Assembly: GCF_009914755.1 (NCBI RefSeq)
Contig: NC_060939.1
DNA length: 64,000 bases
Direction: 5' to 3' (one strand)
Source: the human T2T-CHM13v2.0 reference genome, Homo sapiens
How positions within the stretch are numbered: position 1 is the stretch's first letter; each line of letters begins with the position of its first letter. Position numbers and translations under genes: made by a program. The notes beneath the pieces were generated by a model. It worked only from the letters and a program-made list of their open reading frames with translations, was not told where the DNA came from and ran no database searches. Positions 1 to 16,422 of the stretch are shown here, piece by piece.

Positions 1-300
1 TTGCTGGATTATATGGTAATTCTATTTTTGATTTTTTTTTTTTTTTGAGGAACTGCCATACTCATTTCCACAGGGGCTGTACCATTTTACATTCCTAGCA
101 ATAGTGCATGACAGTTCCATTTTCTCCACATCCTTGCCAATGCTTATTATTTTCTGTTTTTTAAAATAGTATTGATCTTAGCGGGTGTAAGGTGGTATCT
201 CCTTATGGTTTTGATTTGTGTTTCTCTAATGATTAGTGAGATTGAGCGTCTTTTATGTATTTGTTGCCCATTTTTGTATCTTGTTTAGAGAATGTCTATT
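1..300 (-). mobile_element. Old L1 (L1M-type) ORF2 3' fragment, interrupted by the MRPS15 retrocopy and resuming at ~1178-1230
   Basis: Typical antisense L1 motifs: gaggaactgccatact, ttctccacatccttgccaa, ggtatctc..ggttttgatttg. Confidence 0.8.
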
Positions 301-303
301 CAG

Positions 304-1166
304 TTTTCTTTTTCAAAAAAATATTTAACAGTTTATTTTCTTTGAGTACTTCTGGTCAGGCTTTGGCAGGGCTCTCTGGATTCCTCTGGTCATGTTTTGA
401 GCTGCCGCTGCTGCTGCTGCTGCTGCAACTTTTAAAGGCTGTTTTTGCTTCTTCAGCTTTTGAGTCTCTTGGAACATCCAGAACGCACAGTCTTCTCAGT
501 CAGGACTTGGCAATGGGCTGCTCCATCAAAAAGATGTGCTCAGTCCCCAGTGTGTCTTCTCAGAGACATCATATTGGTCTAACGAAGGTTTTTGAGCATC
601 TTTTTCCTCTGGACAGTGCCCATCACCAATAGTATTTGTGGGTTTTGTTATTTCAGTGTTTCTGCTGTGTTCTTCATAATTGTGGGCTTTGGTCAAGGGA
701 ATAATTCGAGCCTCCAGGAAGCTGGTGTCCTTAGGGTTTGCCACGACTTTGTTCATCAGATGTTCTTACTTGATATTTAGCTTCTCCTTTTGGTTGGTCA
801 TTTCCAAAGACAAGGATCTTTTCACTGTATCATTGCCCTTCTCAATTCCAGGGATGGTCTGGTGGTCTTTGAGCAGCATGGAAAGGGGAAGGTCATGGTC
901 CTGTCTAGGCCAGACTGGTTTCTGGATGGTGTATCTGCTGCAGCCTGGAGGAGGAGACTGCAGGCCCCTTCAGTTGGAAGGAAGCCTGGCATTCCCTCAG
1001 CCCAGCAGCCCAAGGACTGGGGTCTGGGTCACTGCCTGGGTCCAATAGAACTCGGCACTCTCTATGTGGCCCTCAGCATGGTGACTTCTGACCCCCACCA
1101 ACTCCCCTGGGGCCTACTCCACAGCCTCCAGCCCCTTCACTGTAGGGACTGGGTTACACAGGCCTC
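304..1166 (-). pseudogene. MRPS15P1: Processed pseudogene of mitochondrial ribosomal protein S15
   Basis: Minus-strand translation gives MLRA... (ATG at 1079), SLLLQAA, VANPKDTSFLEARIIPL, YDVSEKTHWGL, LKVAAAAAAAAAQ and SPAKA, all matching MRPS15 segments. Intronless, with stops and frameshifts, AATAAA (tttatt 332-337), a poly(A) remnant, and likely TSD ttcagttttct (299-309) / ttcaattttct (1167-1177). The P1 symbol is inferred from the REC114/chr15 context. Confidence 0.9.
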
Positions 1167-2224
1167 TTCAATTTTCTGATTGGGGTTTTGTTGTTGTTGT
1201 GTTGTGGAATTGGTGTTGTTTTTTTAAAATGATAATTCCCCTTTACACACACACATGCATACACATCCTCCACCTAGTGAATGTAGCTTTTAAAACATTT
1301 TTGGCCAGATCTCATGTGATCTTCTCCACTCCTGTTTCTTCTTTCAGCTTGGATGAGGTGTAGGATAAGCACTATGAGCCCTTTTTAGGGTAGGGACTAG
1401 AAAGTGTGGCTTTTCTTGGAGCACAGAGCTCTGTGCCATGCTGTGCCCTCTCCCCAGTCACCCTTATATATCAAGTTGCTTCTGCCACCTGCTTCTTTGT
1501 TGCCTGCTCAATCCTCCTCGGCTTCTTCTGTCCTGGAGCTGGAGCTTCTGATTATTAGCAGGAGGTACACTTACTCTTCAGTGGGCTGCCATCTTTTCCT
1601 GGATCTCAAATTCATTCTTTAAAAAAGTGGAATTCGTAACTCCTTTGGGGATATTTCTCCAAATTTAAAAACACATTCTCTTACATATCATTGTAAACCT
1701 CTAAAGATCTACCTTTTGTCAGCATCTTCCTTCTCAATCCAGAAGTTGCAGAAGCCAAAGTTTCAAGCCAGGTTCTAAATATATCCAAATGGGAGAAGTT
1801 ATTTCCCAAGGCTTTAGCCTCTATTTCCAGCCATTCCTTTTTATCTCAGTTGGCTTTGGTCCAGCATGAGTGTCTTTACCTAGATATAATTATGCCTGAA
1901 ACACAGAATGGTTTTGAGACAATTTTAATTCTGTTTGTCTGGAAAACATGGGTCATTCTAGAAATGATAGAGTTCAGCAAATTTTGGTTTTAGTTTCCTT
2001 TTTATTTTTCACACCCGGCCCAAATGTTCTTCCAACAGGAATTGTCTTTCTGTTTACCAGTGAAAATGCTATATTCCTATTTAAGTGAACTCTGAAACCT
2101 TTAAACACTAATTTTAACCCAATTAGTTTTTAAAAATGTCCAAAGCAGTCTTAACTACAGAATCTTCTAAAAGGAAAGATTTAGCATAAACTTTTAAAGT
2201 CAAGTTATTCATACCATTAAACTA

Positions 2225-2515
<291 letters not shown>

Positions 2516-2552
2516 AACTGTTTAAATCAGAACCTGTCTATTCTTTGGCCAC

Positions 2553-2952
2553 TGATATGGTTTGGATCTGAGTCCTACCCAAACCTCATGTTAAATTGTA
2601 ATCCCCAGTGTTGTAGGTGGGGCGTGGTGGAAGATGATTAGATCATGGGGGTGGTATCTCATAAATGGCTTAGTACTAACCTCTTGGTACTGTCCTTGAG
2701 ATATTGAGTGAGTTCTCGTGAGATCTGGTTACATAAAGTGTGTGGCGCTTGCTCACCACCTTGCTCCTGCTCTTGCCATGAGATAAGCTCCTGCTTCACC
2801 TTCTTTAAGCTCCCAGAGGCCTCCCCAGAAGCAGACGCTGGTGCTGTGCTTCCTGTACAGCCTGCAGAACTGTGATCTAGTTAAACCTCTTTTCTTTATA
2901 AATTACCCAGTCTCAGATATTCTTTATAGTAATGTAGGAATAGCCTACTACA
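2553..2952 (+). mobile_element. Solo MaLR LTR (MSTA/MSTB-like)
   Basis: TG..CA termini (tgatatggtttgg ... ctactaca); perfect 5-bp TSD GCCAC at 2548-2552 and 2953-2957. Confidence 0.9.
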
Positions 2953-3208
2953 GCCACTTTTTCAGGAAAGAATGAGGGAAACAAAGCTCTTCATAACTTT
3001 ATCACCCCCTCCCACATTTAAAACCACTGTGATCAATTTAATTCCACTTTTGTGTGTTTTGTTATTTCTCTTATAAAGACAGTTGGGTTAGCAAGAGTTA
3101 AAGCATTTTACTGTTCTACGTTTATACTGTCCTACATCTAAATAAACTTCAGCTCTTATGCAATACTTGCTTGCAAATTTGCTGATTACTCAACTGGAAG
3201 AAATATGA

Positions 3209-3529
<321 letters not shown>

Positions 3530-3888
3530 ACCATACCTTTCTTATCTTCCTGGCTTTTCAGCTCCCTTTGGGAATCTGCGATGTGAAAAACCAGGGAATA
3601 ACGCCTTAAGCTATCTTACCTTTCCCTCTTTTACCCATTGGGCTCAATTTGTCAGCAGGGAGTTCTTAGTCCATTTGTACTGCTATAACAAAATACCATA
3701 GACTGAGCATTTTATAAGCAATGCAAATTTATATCTTACAGTTTTAGAAGCTGGGAAGTCTGAGGTGCCAGCAGGATTCGTGTCTGAGGTATCTCTACTT
3801 CCAAATGGTGCCTTGTTGCTGCATCCTCCATAGGGGAGGACTGCGGTATCCTTACATACAGAAGAACATAAGAGAGGTACTCTATTCT

Positions 3889-4168
3889 GGCTGGGCGCAG
3901 TGGCTCATGCCTGTAATCCCAGCACTTTGGGAGACTGAGGTGGGCGGATCACCTGAGGTTGGGAGTTCGCAACCAGCCTGACCAACATGGAGAAACCCCA
4001 TCTCTGCTAAGAATACAAAATTAGCCAGGTGTGGTGGCACATGCCTGTAATCCCAGGTACAGGAGAATCGCTTGAACCCAAGAGGTGGAGGTTGCGGTGA
4101 GCCGAGATCGCACCATTGCACTCCAGCCTGGACAACAAGAGCGAAACTCTGTCTCAAAAAAAAAAAAT
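3889..4168 (+). mobile_element. AluSp inserted in the left MaLR LTR
   Basis: ctgaccaacatggagaaacc diagnostic; TSD tactctattc on both sides. Confidence 0.9.
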
Positions 4169-6208
4169 ACTCTATTCCCTGAAGCCCTTTTCTAAGGACC
4201 CTAATCCCATTTATGAGGGCCCTGCCCTCATGACTTAATCACCTCTTAAAGGTTCTACTTCTGTATACTATCATATTGGCAATTAAGTTTCAACATATTA
4301 CTTTTGAGGAATACATTCAGACCATCAATTCCACCCCTGTTCCCAAAATTCTTGTTCTCACATGCAGAATATATTCATTGCATCCCAGTACCCCCAAAAG
4401 TCTTAACTTGTTCCAGCACCATTTCAAAAGTCTTCAAAGTCCAGAGTCTCATCTCTAAATCAGATGTGGGTGAGACTCAAGGTAAGATTCATCCTGAGGT
4501 AAATTTCTTTTCAGCTGTGAGCCTGTGATATCAAACAGGTTATATCCTTCCAAAGTACAATGGTGAGATGGGCATAGGATAGACATTCCCATTTCAAAAG
4601 AGAAGAAATGGTTAGGAAGAAAGGGATAACAGGTTCCAAGTAAATCTAAAACCTAATAAAGCAAACATTAAGTCTTGAGAGTAATCTTCTTTGACTTCAT
4701 ATCCTACTTTTGTACACACTGGGGTGGAGTTGGGCTCCAAGGGCCTGGAAGGCCCTGCCCGTTAGAACTTTGTGAGCACGGCCCACACAGCAGTTCTCAT
4801 GCGTTGGAGTTGGGTGCCTGCAGCTCTTCCAGGCTAAGATCACACTCTGGTGGCTCTACAGTTGTGAGATCTCAGGAGTGGTGCTGCTCCCGTGGCCTCA
4901 CTAGACATTGCCCTAATAGGGAGTCCTTGCAGTAGCCCTGCATCCGTGGCTTCACTAGGCATTGCCCTGGTGGGGGCTATCTACAGTGGCCCCACCATGT
5001 GGTATTTTTTTTTGCCTGGGCCCTAAGGCTCTCTGAGCCATCCTTTGATTCTAAGTAAAGGTAGCCATGCCTCCACAGCTTGTGCACCCTACACACCTGC
5101 AGAATTAGCACCATGTGGATGCTGTCAAGATTTATGTCTTGTGCCCTCTGGAGTGGTGGCCAGAGCTGAACTTGGGCCCACCTTAGTCACAGCTGGGGTG
5201 GTCAAGGAACACTGCACCAGAATTCTGGGAGCAGAGACTTGAGGCAGCCTGGAGCAGTGAGCACCAAGGTCAATGGGCACTCTGGGGCCCTCCCTTAAAA
5301 CTGTTCTGCCCTCAAGGCTCTGGCATTGTGGACCTATGATGGGTGTGGTAGCCTCAAAGTTCTTTGAAATACTTTTGGGGTTATTTTCCCATTGTCTTAA
5401 TGAATTGTATCTGGCTTTCTTCTATCCATACTATTCTTTTTATCAAATAGTTGCTTGGCCATACCTTTAGGGTTTTCTTCCAAACACTCTTTTATATTCT
5501 TTACATGGCCAGGCTGAGAATTTTCCAAATCTTTATGTTCTGCTTCCATTTGACTATAAATTCCATGCTTAATTAATATCTCTCTTCTTGCAGTTTATTA
5601 TAAGCAGTTAAGAGAGTCCATACAGCACCTAGAGTATTTTGCTCAGAGATTTCTTCTACTAAATATTCTATTTCATTGCCTTTAAATTCTGCCTTCCTCA
5701 AAGCAGTGGGACACAAACACAATTCAACCAAGTTCTTTGCCATTGTATAACAAGAATGGCCTTTCCTCCAGTTTCTAATAAGATATTATTTATTTTTGTA
5801 TAAGACCTTATCCAAATGGTCTTTACTGTCCATATTTCTACCAACATTCTATTCACTACCACTTAGATTATCTCTAAGACTGAGGCTTTCTTTATAGCCG
5901 TCCTCTTCTAAGCCCTCACCTGAATCATCTTTAATGCTGTGTTCATAGCAATATGGGCCTTTTCCAGCATTCACTTCAAAACTATTCCAGCCTGTACCCA
6001 TTACCCAGTTTCAGAGCCACTTCCCCATTTTCAGGTATTTGTTATAGTAACACCCCTTTCTTGGTACCAATTTCTGTCTTAGTCCATTTGTGCAGCTATA
6101 ACAAAATGTCACAGACTGGGTAATTTATAAACAATAGAAATGTATTTCTTATAGTTCTGGAGGCTGGAAAATCCGGATCAAGGCACCAGCAGGATTGGTG
6201 TCTGGTGA

Positions 6209-6798
<590 letters not shown>

Positions 6799-7544
6799 TA
6801 AGTTTCAACATTTGAATTTAGGGGAACACGTTCAGTCCATAGTGAGGGGAGAGTCTGTGCACTCTTACATGGCTACTCCAGAAAAAAACAAAACAAAACT
6901 CAACTCTCTAATCACCCAGCCTTCCTCAGGCAGCAGTTCCCTTATTTGCTTCCTAGCAGTCCTTCCAAACTCTAACAACAGTGGTGGTTTATCTGTGCCA
7001 ATCTCATGTCTGATGCCAACTGTAGCATTTCAGGTAGTGGAAGGAGTGAGTACACTCAAACACAGTAGAGTTCCTTGCTTAATTGTAAATGTGGAATCTT
7101 TTGAGAGTGAGGTGACCACCCATGACTGGAATAGGTACAGTGAATCTCGGGATAGCTTTTGCTAACCCCATTTTCTGATGACACTTTGCTAGGCTGTAGC
7201 CCTTATATACTTGGGACCTAGGTCACCATTCCAAAAGAATTTCACTAATAGCTTCTGATTAAGAGAATGTTTATAAGCATTGGATTTACATCTGCATTTT
7301 TTTCAAAGACAGAAAGTTGTCAGTGCTCAGATGTCCATGAAATTATTCTTTTGCCAAGCTTTTCAGCATTCTGGAAATCCACAGTGCTCTTCACATTTTC
7401 TGTTGGGATACTAAGGTTTTGTTATGTATTATTGGAATTATCTCTATAGAATAAGAATATTACGTCTTTGAATATATGTTGAAATAGTTTTGCGTGGTTT
7501 GTCATTGACTATTCTTAAAATGAGTTTTATTAGAGTACAATTTA

Positions 7545-7840
<296 letters not shown>

Positions 7841-8208
7841 ATGTATATATATAATATACTCACTGAGTTCATTGAATTTTGATAAATGTATTCAACTATA
7901 TAAACCATCACAATCATGATATGAACATTTCTTTCATTCCTTCGCCCCCACCAAAAAAAAATTCCCTCTTACTTGCCCACCTTCATCCCCAGAGAACTAC
8001 TTTCTGTCTGCTTTCTGGCACTACAGATTAGTTTTGCTTTTGCTGGAAATTGATTAAATGCAATTATTGTAATATGTGCTCTTTTTGTGTCTAGCTTCTT
8101 TAATTCAGCATGATGTTTTTGAGCCTTATCCGCATCATGCTGAATTAAAGAAGAACATCGTACATGTTCTTTTTTTGTTGATTTGTATTTCATTTTATGG
8201 ATGTACCA

Positions 8209-8669
8209 CAATTTGCTCATCTATTAACCTGTTGGATATTTGGGCTATTTCCAGTTTGGGGAAATTATGAGTAGAGCTGTTATGAACATTTATATATAAG
8301 TCTTTGTGTATTATCTTAATTTTGTGTATTTGTGTATTATCTTAATTTTGTGTATTATCTTTGTGTACTATCTTTGTGTATTATCTTAATTTTTTGTATT
8401 ATCTTTGTGTATTATCTTAATTTTTTGTATTATCTTTGTGTATTATCTTAATTTTGTGTATTTTCTTAATTTCTTTTTGTATATATAAGTATTTGTATAT
8501 TATCTTAATTTCTTTGTGTACTATCTTAATTTCTTTGTGTATTATCTTAATTTCTCAATTTGCTCATCTATTAACCTGTTGGATATTTGGGCTATTTCCA
8601 GTTTGGGGAAATTATGAGTAGAGCTTTTATGAACATTTATATATAAGTCTTTGTGTATTATCTTAATTT
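8209..8669. repeat. 114-bp direct duplication enclosing a tttgtgtattatcttaat-type minisatellite
   Basis: 8209-8322 equals 8556-8669 with 1 mismatch; between them lie about a dozen variable-length copies of the terminal motif. Confidence 0.93.
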
Positions 8670-8767
8670 CTTTTGGGTAACACCTTAGAGTAGAATTATT
8701 GGGTTGCCCAGTAAGTGTCTTTATAAGAAAGAAGTAACTTCAAAAGAAACTTCTGTACAGTTTTTCA

Positions 8768-9171
<404 letters not shown>

Positions 9172-9691
9172 TTAAGTTATTCTTGTGTGTGTGCAGTGGC
9201 ATGTCATTGTCATTTAGTTCTCATTTTCTGAATGACTAGTGAAGCACATTTTTTATATGCTTATTGGCCTCGTTAAGAAACAGAACATTTTCAGTATCCC
9301 AGAAACCTTTCTCATATTCCCTTCCAGTGACTACTACACACCCCACTCCGCAAAGACTAACCACCATCTGACTTCTAATAGCATAGTTTCCCTGTTTATG
9401 TACTTTATATGAAATGAATAATACAGGACTCTCCTGTCTGCCTTCTTTTGCTCATCATTATATTTATGGGACTTGTCCATATTATATTTATGGGACTTGT
9501 GCAAAATGAGATTGTTCATTCTCATTTTGTGAATATATAACAATCTATCCATTGATGGGTGTTTGAGCAATCTCAAATTTTTAGCTACCACAAATAGTGC
9601 TTCTGTGAACACTCTTGTATATCTTTTGGTGGACACTTGTATGTGTTTTTGTTGGGCATACAACTAGGAGTGGAATTAATGAGTTATAGGG

Positions 9692-9854
9692 CAGCGCTTC
9701 TCAAACATTAACATGCATATGAATTATCTGGGCTCTTATTAAAATGTTGATTGTGAATCACCAGGTCTGGGATGTAGTCTGAAATTTTGCATTTCTAGCA
9801 AACTCTTGATGATGCCGATTATACTCATCTATGAACACACTTTGAGGGACAAAG
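9692..9854. mobile_element. MER5-type hAT MITE
   Basis: cagcgcttctcaaac ... gcatttctagcaaactc ... cacactttgag, typical of MER5A/B. Confidence 0.7.
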
Positions 9855-10164
9855 TCATAGAGTATGCTTTGGTAGGTATTGCTGGAGTTTTCCAGAGTTA
9901 TTCTGCTCAATTTATACTCTTACAAATAATGCATGAGAGTTCTCCACATTCTTGGCTATACATTCCTGATATTTTCTTTTTAGCCGTTTTGGTAGGTTTT
10001 CATTTATATTTTCATAATTAATAGTGAGTTTGAACACTTTTCCTTATGTTTATTGGCCAGCTGGATATCCTCTTTTGTGAAGTATCTGTTGCAATCTTCT
10101 GCACAATTTTCTCTTGGGTTATCTTTATGTAGTTTTTATTTCTGCCATTTTTTTTACTCTTCTT

Positions 10165-10397
10165 TATTTTTTTTTATTTTTATTTATTTATTTTTTTTGA
10201 GACAGAGTCTCACTCTGACACTCTGGCTGGAGTGCAGTGGTGTGATCACTGCTGACTGCAGCCTTGAATTCCTGGGCTCAAGAAATCTTCCAGCCTCAGC
10301 CTCCCAAGTAGCTGGGACTATAGGCACATATGCCAACACACCCAGCTAATATTTCTAATTTTTAGTAGAGATGAGATCTCACCGTATTGCCCAGGCA
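10165..10397 (-). mobile_element. 5'-truncated AluJ
   Basis: Antisense right arm plus part of left arm; cctgggctcaag. Confidence 0.8.
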
Positions 10398-11423
10398 GCT
10401 GCTTATTCTTTTATTTCTTCAAGCTCCTTGTTTATTTATTCTTTACTCTTAGTGAAATCTCTGACTGTTGCTTATTATCTGATCTTTACTCTCTTGTTTC
10501 AAAGAATCTGCATTTTTCTGAATTTAGTTTTTTTGTGGTGCAATTTTAATTAAAATTTACTTCTATTTCCAGTTTTGTTTGTTTTCAAAACTATGCCCTT
10601 TTCTGTATCTTGAGGGTTAAGTTTTCCCCTTTCATTTTGTTGCAGAATGTTTTCATAGATCTATTATTTTTTCTTTTTTTCTTCTTTTTATTTTATTTAT
10701 CCTCATGCATGGAGATGTCTCATATGTAGAGGCCTGAGGGTGGATTCATCTGCAATAACCTCACTGTCCTTAGAAACTAATAGTTTCCTTTCAAATATTA
10801 CATAAGAGACCTGGCTAATATAAGTTTACATTTCTGTTCATTGATCTAGAAGCCTGAGAGGAGTGAACTTAGAGCCTGTCCTAGCAAAGGAGTTATCTCT
10901 AATTTCTTCTGTAAGGAATCAGTTTTTTGCTAGCCACAATGCCAGTTGAATACTGTAGTTATTCATCCACCCTTCTGGTATATCTGCCTATTATTTCTCA
11001 CACAAATTTTTTATTTCTCCGATTATTATCTGGTACGCTGCATTACACATTCTAGGGCACAGTTATTTCAGATGATCTTGATTAGTAGTGGTGAAACAGA
11101 TTCCAGATGAGGGCTTTCTTATTTTTTCTGTGGCTCCCCTATTCAGTAGCTCTTGCTCCTCTTGGTAATGGTGTTTCTGCCAGTGTCTTCTCTTTCTCTC
11201 TGAGTCACAGAACTCCTTTCTCAGGAAGGTGCATCACTAGTTGGCTCTTGGCATCTTTCTTCCATCACAATACCATGTCTTGCATAAATTCTTCAACAGT
11301 TTTGTCATATGAATGGCATCTAGTCCTAGTTTCTAGTATTGATATAGTTCTCTACTATTTTATATTTGTTTTGGCATTTTCATTTTGATAAGATGAAGGT
11401 ATGAGTTAAAAGTTCAAGATACA

Positions 11424-11673
<250 letters not shown>

Positions 11674-13235
11674 TTGAAGATATTTTCTTACCTCAAAGTC
11701 TAAAACCCTTTAAATTATTTTTCTTTTTTTCTAAAATGCTTTAAGTATTAAAAAGAAATGTACCTTTTCTCACCATAGGATAACAGTTATGCAGCTTTCT
11801 GTGACGTTTGGTTGTTCGTGGTATCTCAGATGATGTTACATTTTTGCAATTGGTTGATATTCTATAAGTGGGCCAGAATATCCAAATATACATCAAGAAC
11901 ATTTATGTAGATGTAAATAATTCACTTTCTATAGTGGATCAGACAGATGAGACACTCTAATTGGGTAGCTAAAATGGAGATCTTTGACCTAAGCCTTGTT
12001 ATACTAAGTGTTTAATGGAAAGTTAGCGTATATATCTAGCTTCACTAATATGGTAATAGCTCTGATAGGGACCCGAAGGGCTTATCTAGCCTGGTTTGCT
12101 TTTAAAACTGCAATTACACTTTTGTTTTGTTGCACTTACATTGTGACTTTTATATGAATTTCTTGTCTCTCTTTCATTAGGGACTAATTCCCGACAATTT
12201 TTAAAAGAGATTCTGCTTTGTATTTAGTATGAAAATCTTAACCATGTGAAGCCAGTAATACCATTTTATTTCTTCTCCTCATCTTTTCTCTTCTCTCTAA
12301 AGTGAGTCAAGACTTTGGAATAATCTTTTGAAAGGGTACTAACTACTCACAAAGAGTAATTTTGACACTTTAAACCTAACTGCCTTTCCCACCCTTCTTT
12401 TTTCATTTCCTAGCATATTGGAGTCAAAGACATTTGCCAGATTGTGTAGACTGTCTTTATTTTTAGAGCTCTTGTTTACTTTACTAGATTTGTAGTTTCG
12501 AAAAAAAAGTACCTCTTCGGGGCTAAGTTCTGGTTGGTTCCTTTTGGGTATGTTGAAAGTTTGCATCAATATGTAGCTTACTAGTTATCTCTGATATGTT
12601 CTATCCTCAGTGTCGTAACCCAAAACAAAACATAAATACCACAGTCTTAAAATATTTTGCACTGCCAGTCTTAAAAAAAAAAAAAAAGCAAGAGAACTTT
12701 TTTTTTGCTGTGACAAAATAAGTCTTGATTTAATTTATATCCCTATTTATCATCTTATCAAATTACAGGCATAAGAAGCTTAGTTATAGTACTTAGCCAG
12801 ACCTCTAGATTCCTTCTTTTATTAAGAGGCTATAGAATTTAGGGTCTTTTCAAAAACACATCTTTGGTATAAGATTTTTTTCTCACAGTATTCAATTAAG
12901 TCTGTACTAGGTTCAATTGGATTAGCTTTACTTGGATTCCTTTAAAATAGTAAATCTTCTTATTGTTGGAGAAAAATTGTTATTTTTTATATCACTAATC
13001 ATTAATGAAAGGGAAATGAGCACATTTTACTTTGACTATTACTAATTAAACTCTTCTTAAATCTTTAATATTTGGGAATATTTAATCCTTCAGTGGACCT
13101 TATTGAGCAGATAAAATTTATACACTTGAAACAAAGAAAGTGCAGTTCCAAAAGATGGGAAAGATGCTCTAGCAGCATAATATTTTTTTATTTAAACTTT
13201 TTATTTAGAAATAGTTTCAGACTTATAAAAAAGTT

Positions 13236-13927
<692 letters not shown>

Positions 13928-14677
13928 TTAACACTAACACAATACTACTAACTGATCTACAGACCTTATTCAAAATTTGAAGTTGTCATACTGTGTTTTT
14001 TGCTGGTTCAGGATCTAACCTAGGATTCCACGTTGCATTTAGTTTTTATGTCTTCTTGGGTTCCTTCCATCTGGGATAGCTCCTCAGTCTTTATTTTTTT
14101 TTTTTTTTAATAACTTTGACACTTTTGAAGAGTACTAGCCAGTTACCTTGTGAAGTGTCTCTGAAAGACAGAAGAGATGTTCAGTTCATTATCTCAGGAG
14201 GTATATGATATTGATATATCTTGTTACTAGTAATGTTAACCTTGATCACTTGGTTAAGGTGATATCTGCCAGTTTGCTCCATTGTAGTTACTCCTTTTCC
14301 CTTTGTAATTAACAACTATGTTGCCAGAAGATATTTTGAAGTATGAAAATACCTTCTTTCTCACAATACTCTTGTCCACTAATTTTAGCATCAATTGGTG
14401 ATTCTTGCCTGCAACAGTTACTGCTCTGGTGTTTGCCAGATGGCAATTTCCTATTTCTGTGATTCCTTCTGCATGTACTAATTGGAATTCTACTGTAATA
14501 AAGGGCTGTCCCTTTTCCCTTATTTATTTATGTATTTATTTGATTCTATCAGTATGGACTCATAGATGCTCACTTCATTCTGTAGGTTATCCATCACTAT
14601 CATTATCTATCACTATCACTAATCTCCCACTGATCACTTTTCTTTAGTCTTTTAGTCTCTAGCAGCATGCTATCAGT

Positions 14678-14860
14678 TAGAATATCAGGGTTCTTACTCT
14701 AACTTCCTATGTGCCATGAAATTCACCTTTAGGCAAAATATTCAACTATTGTTACCCTGAGTGCCCTCTCTCATAAAATGGGAATAATACCTGCTTGTGG
14801 TATATAAATAGATTTGTAAACTATAGAATGTGATACATATAGTAATATTGTCATTATTTT
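14678..14860 (+). mobile_element. MIR-family fragment
   Basis: Core-like ctctcataaaatgggaataatacctg and tgtaaactatagaatgtgataca 3' end. Confidence 0.55.
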
Positions 14861-16355
14861 ATTGCTAAATGCCACAATAGGTATTCAGAGAACAGGGGCT
14901 CTTTTCAGGGGCTGACTTAAGAATTAATTCTTTTAGAGTGTCCACTTATTTCTATAGGGAGGCCCAAGAATGAAAGTGGAGAGGAACAGTTGTATGGAGA
15001 TGAAAGGCAGAAGGAAGCCAAAAGTAAGTCACAGAAACACAGAGCAGCATTTATTTTCACATTCTGCTGTGTACAGTAAATAATTACTGAATTCCCTAGA
15101 ATATCATGCAATAGTAATCTATTTCTTTGACTATTAGTTTTGAAAATTCCCTTGTTTCATGTAACAAAATATTTTTAAATTAAATGTGGCATATGAAAAC
15201 AACATTAACTTAATTTTTCCTGAACCTCAAGCTATTGTTTGATTTGGAAATGTTATCTCTGGTGTACTTTAAGGATGTGTGAAGCACACAAAACCATAAG
15301 GTGTTATGAATGTTATTACTCTTGTTTTTTTTTTTCCGAGTTTGCTTTGTGAGTCTTTTTAGATACCTATGACAATACTGTGTACAGAAGTCCTTGATGT
15401 GACTTCTTCCTCATTAAATTTCTGAATCAATACATACATCCACTGCCCGAGATCATTTGTTTCTCCATCCTCTTTGCTGTAGGTATTTGGAGGATCTGTT
15501 GAATGCTAAGTTTGTGATTTAAGGTAGGGGTGTGTGTGTGTGTGTTTCCTTTTTTATGTTTTATTTTGTCTTTGGGGATGAGAGTTTTATTTCTTCCTGT
15601 CACAACAATTGGGCAAAAAATAGTAGACTAAACTGCTAAGTAGGTCGACCTGCCTGAGCACCATGAGGTGGCAAATTCTAATAAGATTTCCTGACTTCAG
15701 CAGTTATCAGTGATGGGAACAGGGAGTAGAAATAGCAGTATTTGAACTTCAAATATCCAGGGAAGAATAAATGAGTTTCTGCTTTGTTCAACATTTGTAA
15801 CTAAAGAAAGATTTTACACCTTTTTCTATTTCATTTTAATGAATATTACCAAATAAAGGCATGAAACCAGAATTAAAGAATAAGATCACAGTAAATTATT
15901 ATATTAATGGATTTAGGCTGTGTAGTAGGCACCTTCTGTGTTCTCTAATACAGTAAAAGATTAGAAATAGCCTTGCCTCCTTGTTGCATATGTGTATAAA
16001 AGTGAACGTTAGGCGTTGAAGCTATTAAGGGATACTATTTTGTGTCAGTTATTTTGGAGATGGATGTTTTGTAAAATCCTCTTAGACATTAAAATCAACA
16101 AATGCTATGAATGAACTTCAGACCTTTGGCTTTAGCTTAGCTTTTGGTCATAGGCTGGAATTTCATTTTTTGTTGTTGTTGTTGGTCTTTGGCTACTGAC
16201 TTGTTTGCACAATGGTGCTCAGCTAAACTCTTCCCCATGTCATTGGTCTACCAAGTATCTTAAAACTCTCCAGATAACAATGGCAAGCGCATTGGACACT
16301 GTAAAGAAACACCTCTTAAGGCGTTAACACTTCTGAATGAATTACTCCGATTCCT

Positions 16356-16422
16356 TTAGGTTGGTGCAAAAGTAATTGCGATTTTGCCAGCAGAAAGTGC
16401 AATTACTTTTGCACCAATCTCA
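16356..16422. mobile_element. MADE1 (Hsmar1-derived MITE) with altered centre
   Basis: TIRs ttaggttggtgcaaaagtaattgc ... gcaattacttttgcaccaatctca, followed by TA. Confidence 0.9.

Noticed and set aside
255-1179. Overlapping + strand ORFs of 62-129 aa
   Set aside because: They are antisense shadows of the MRPS15 pseudogene; the poly-Leu comes from the GCT tract.
8300-8555. Repeat array superficially resembling CRISPR
   Set aside because: No unique spacers, eukaryotic context, and derived from adjacent L1 sequence.
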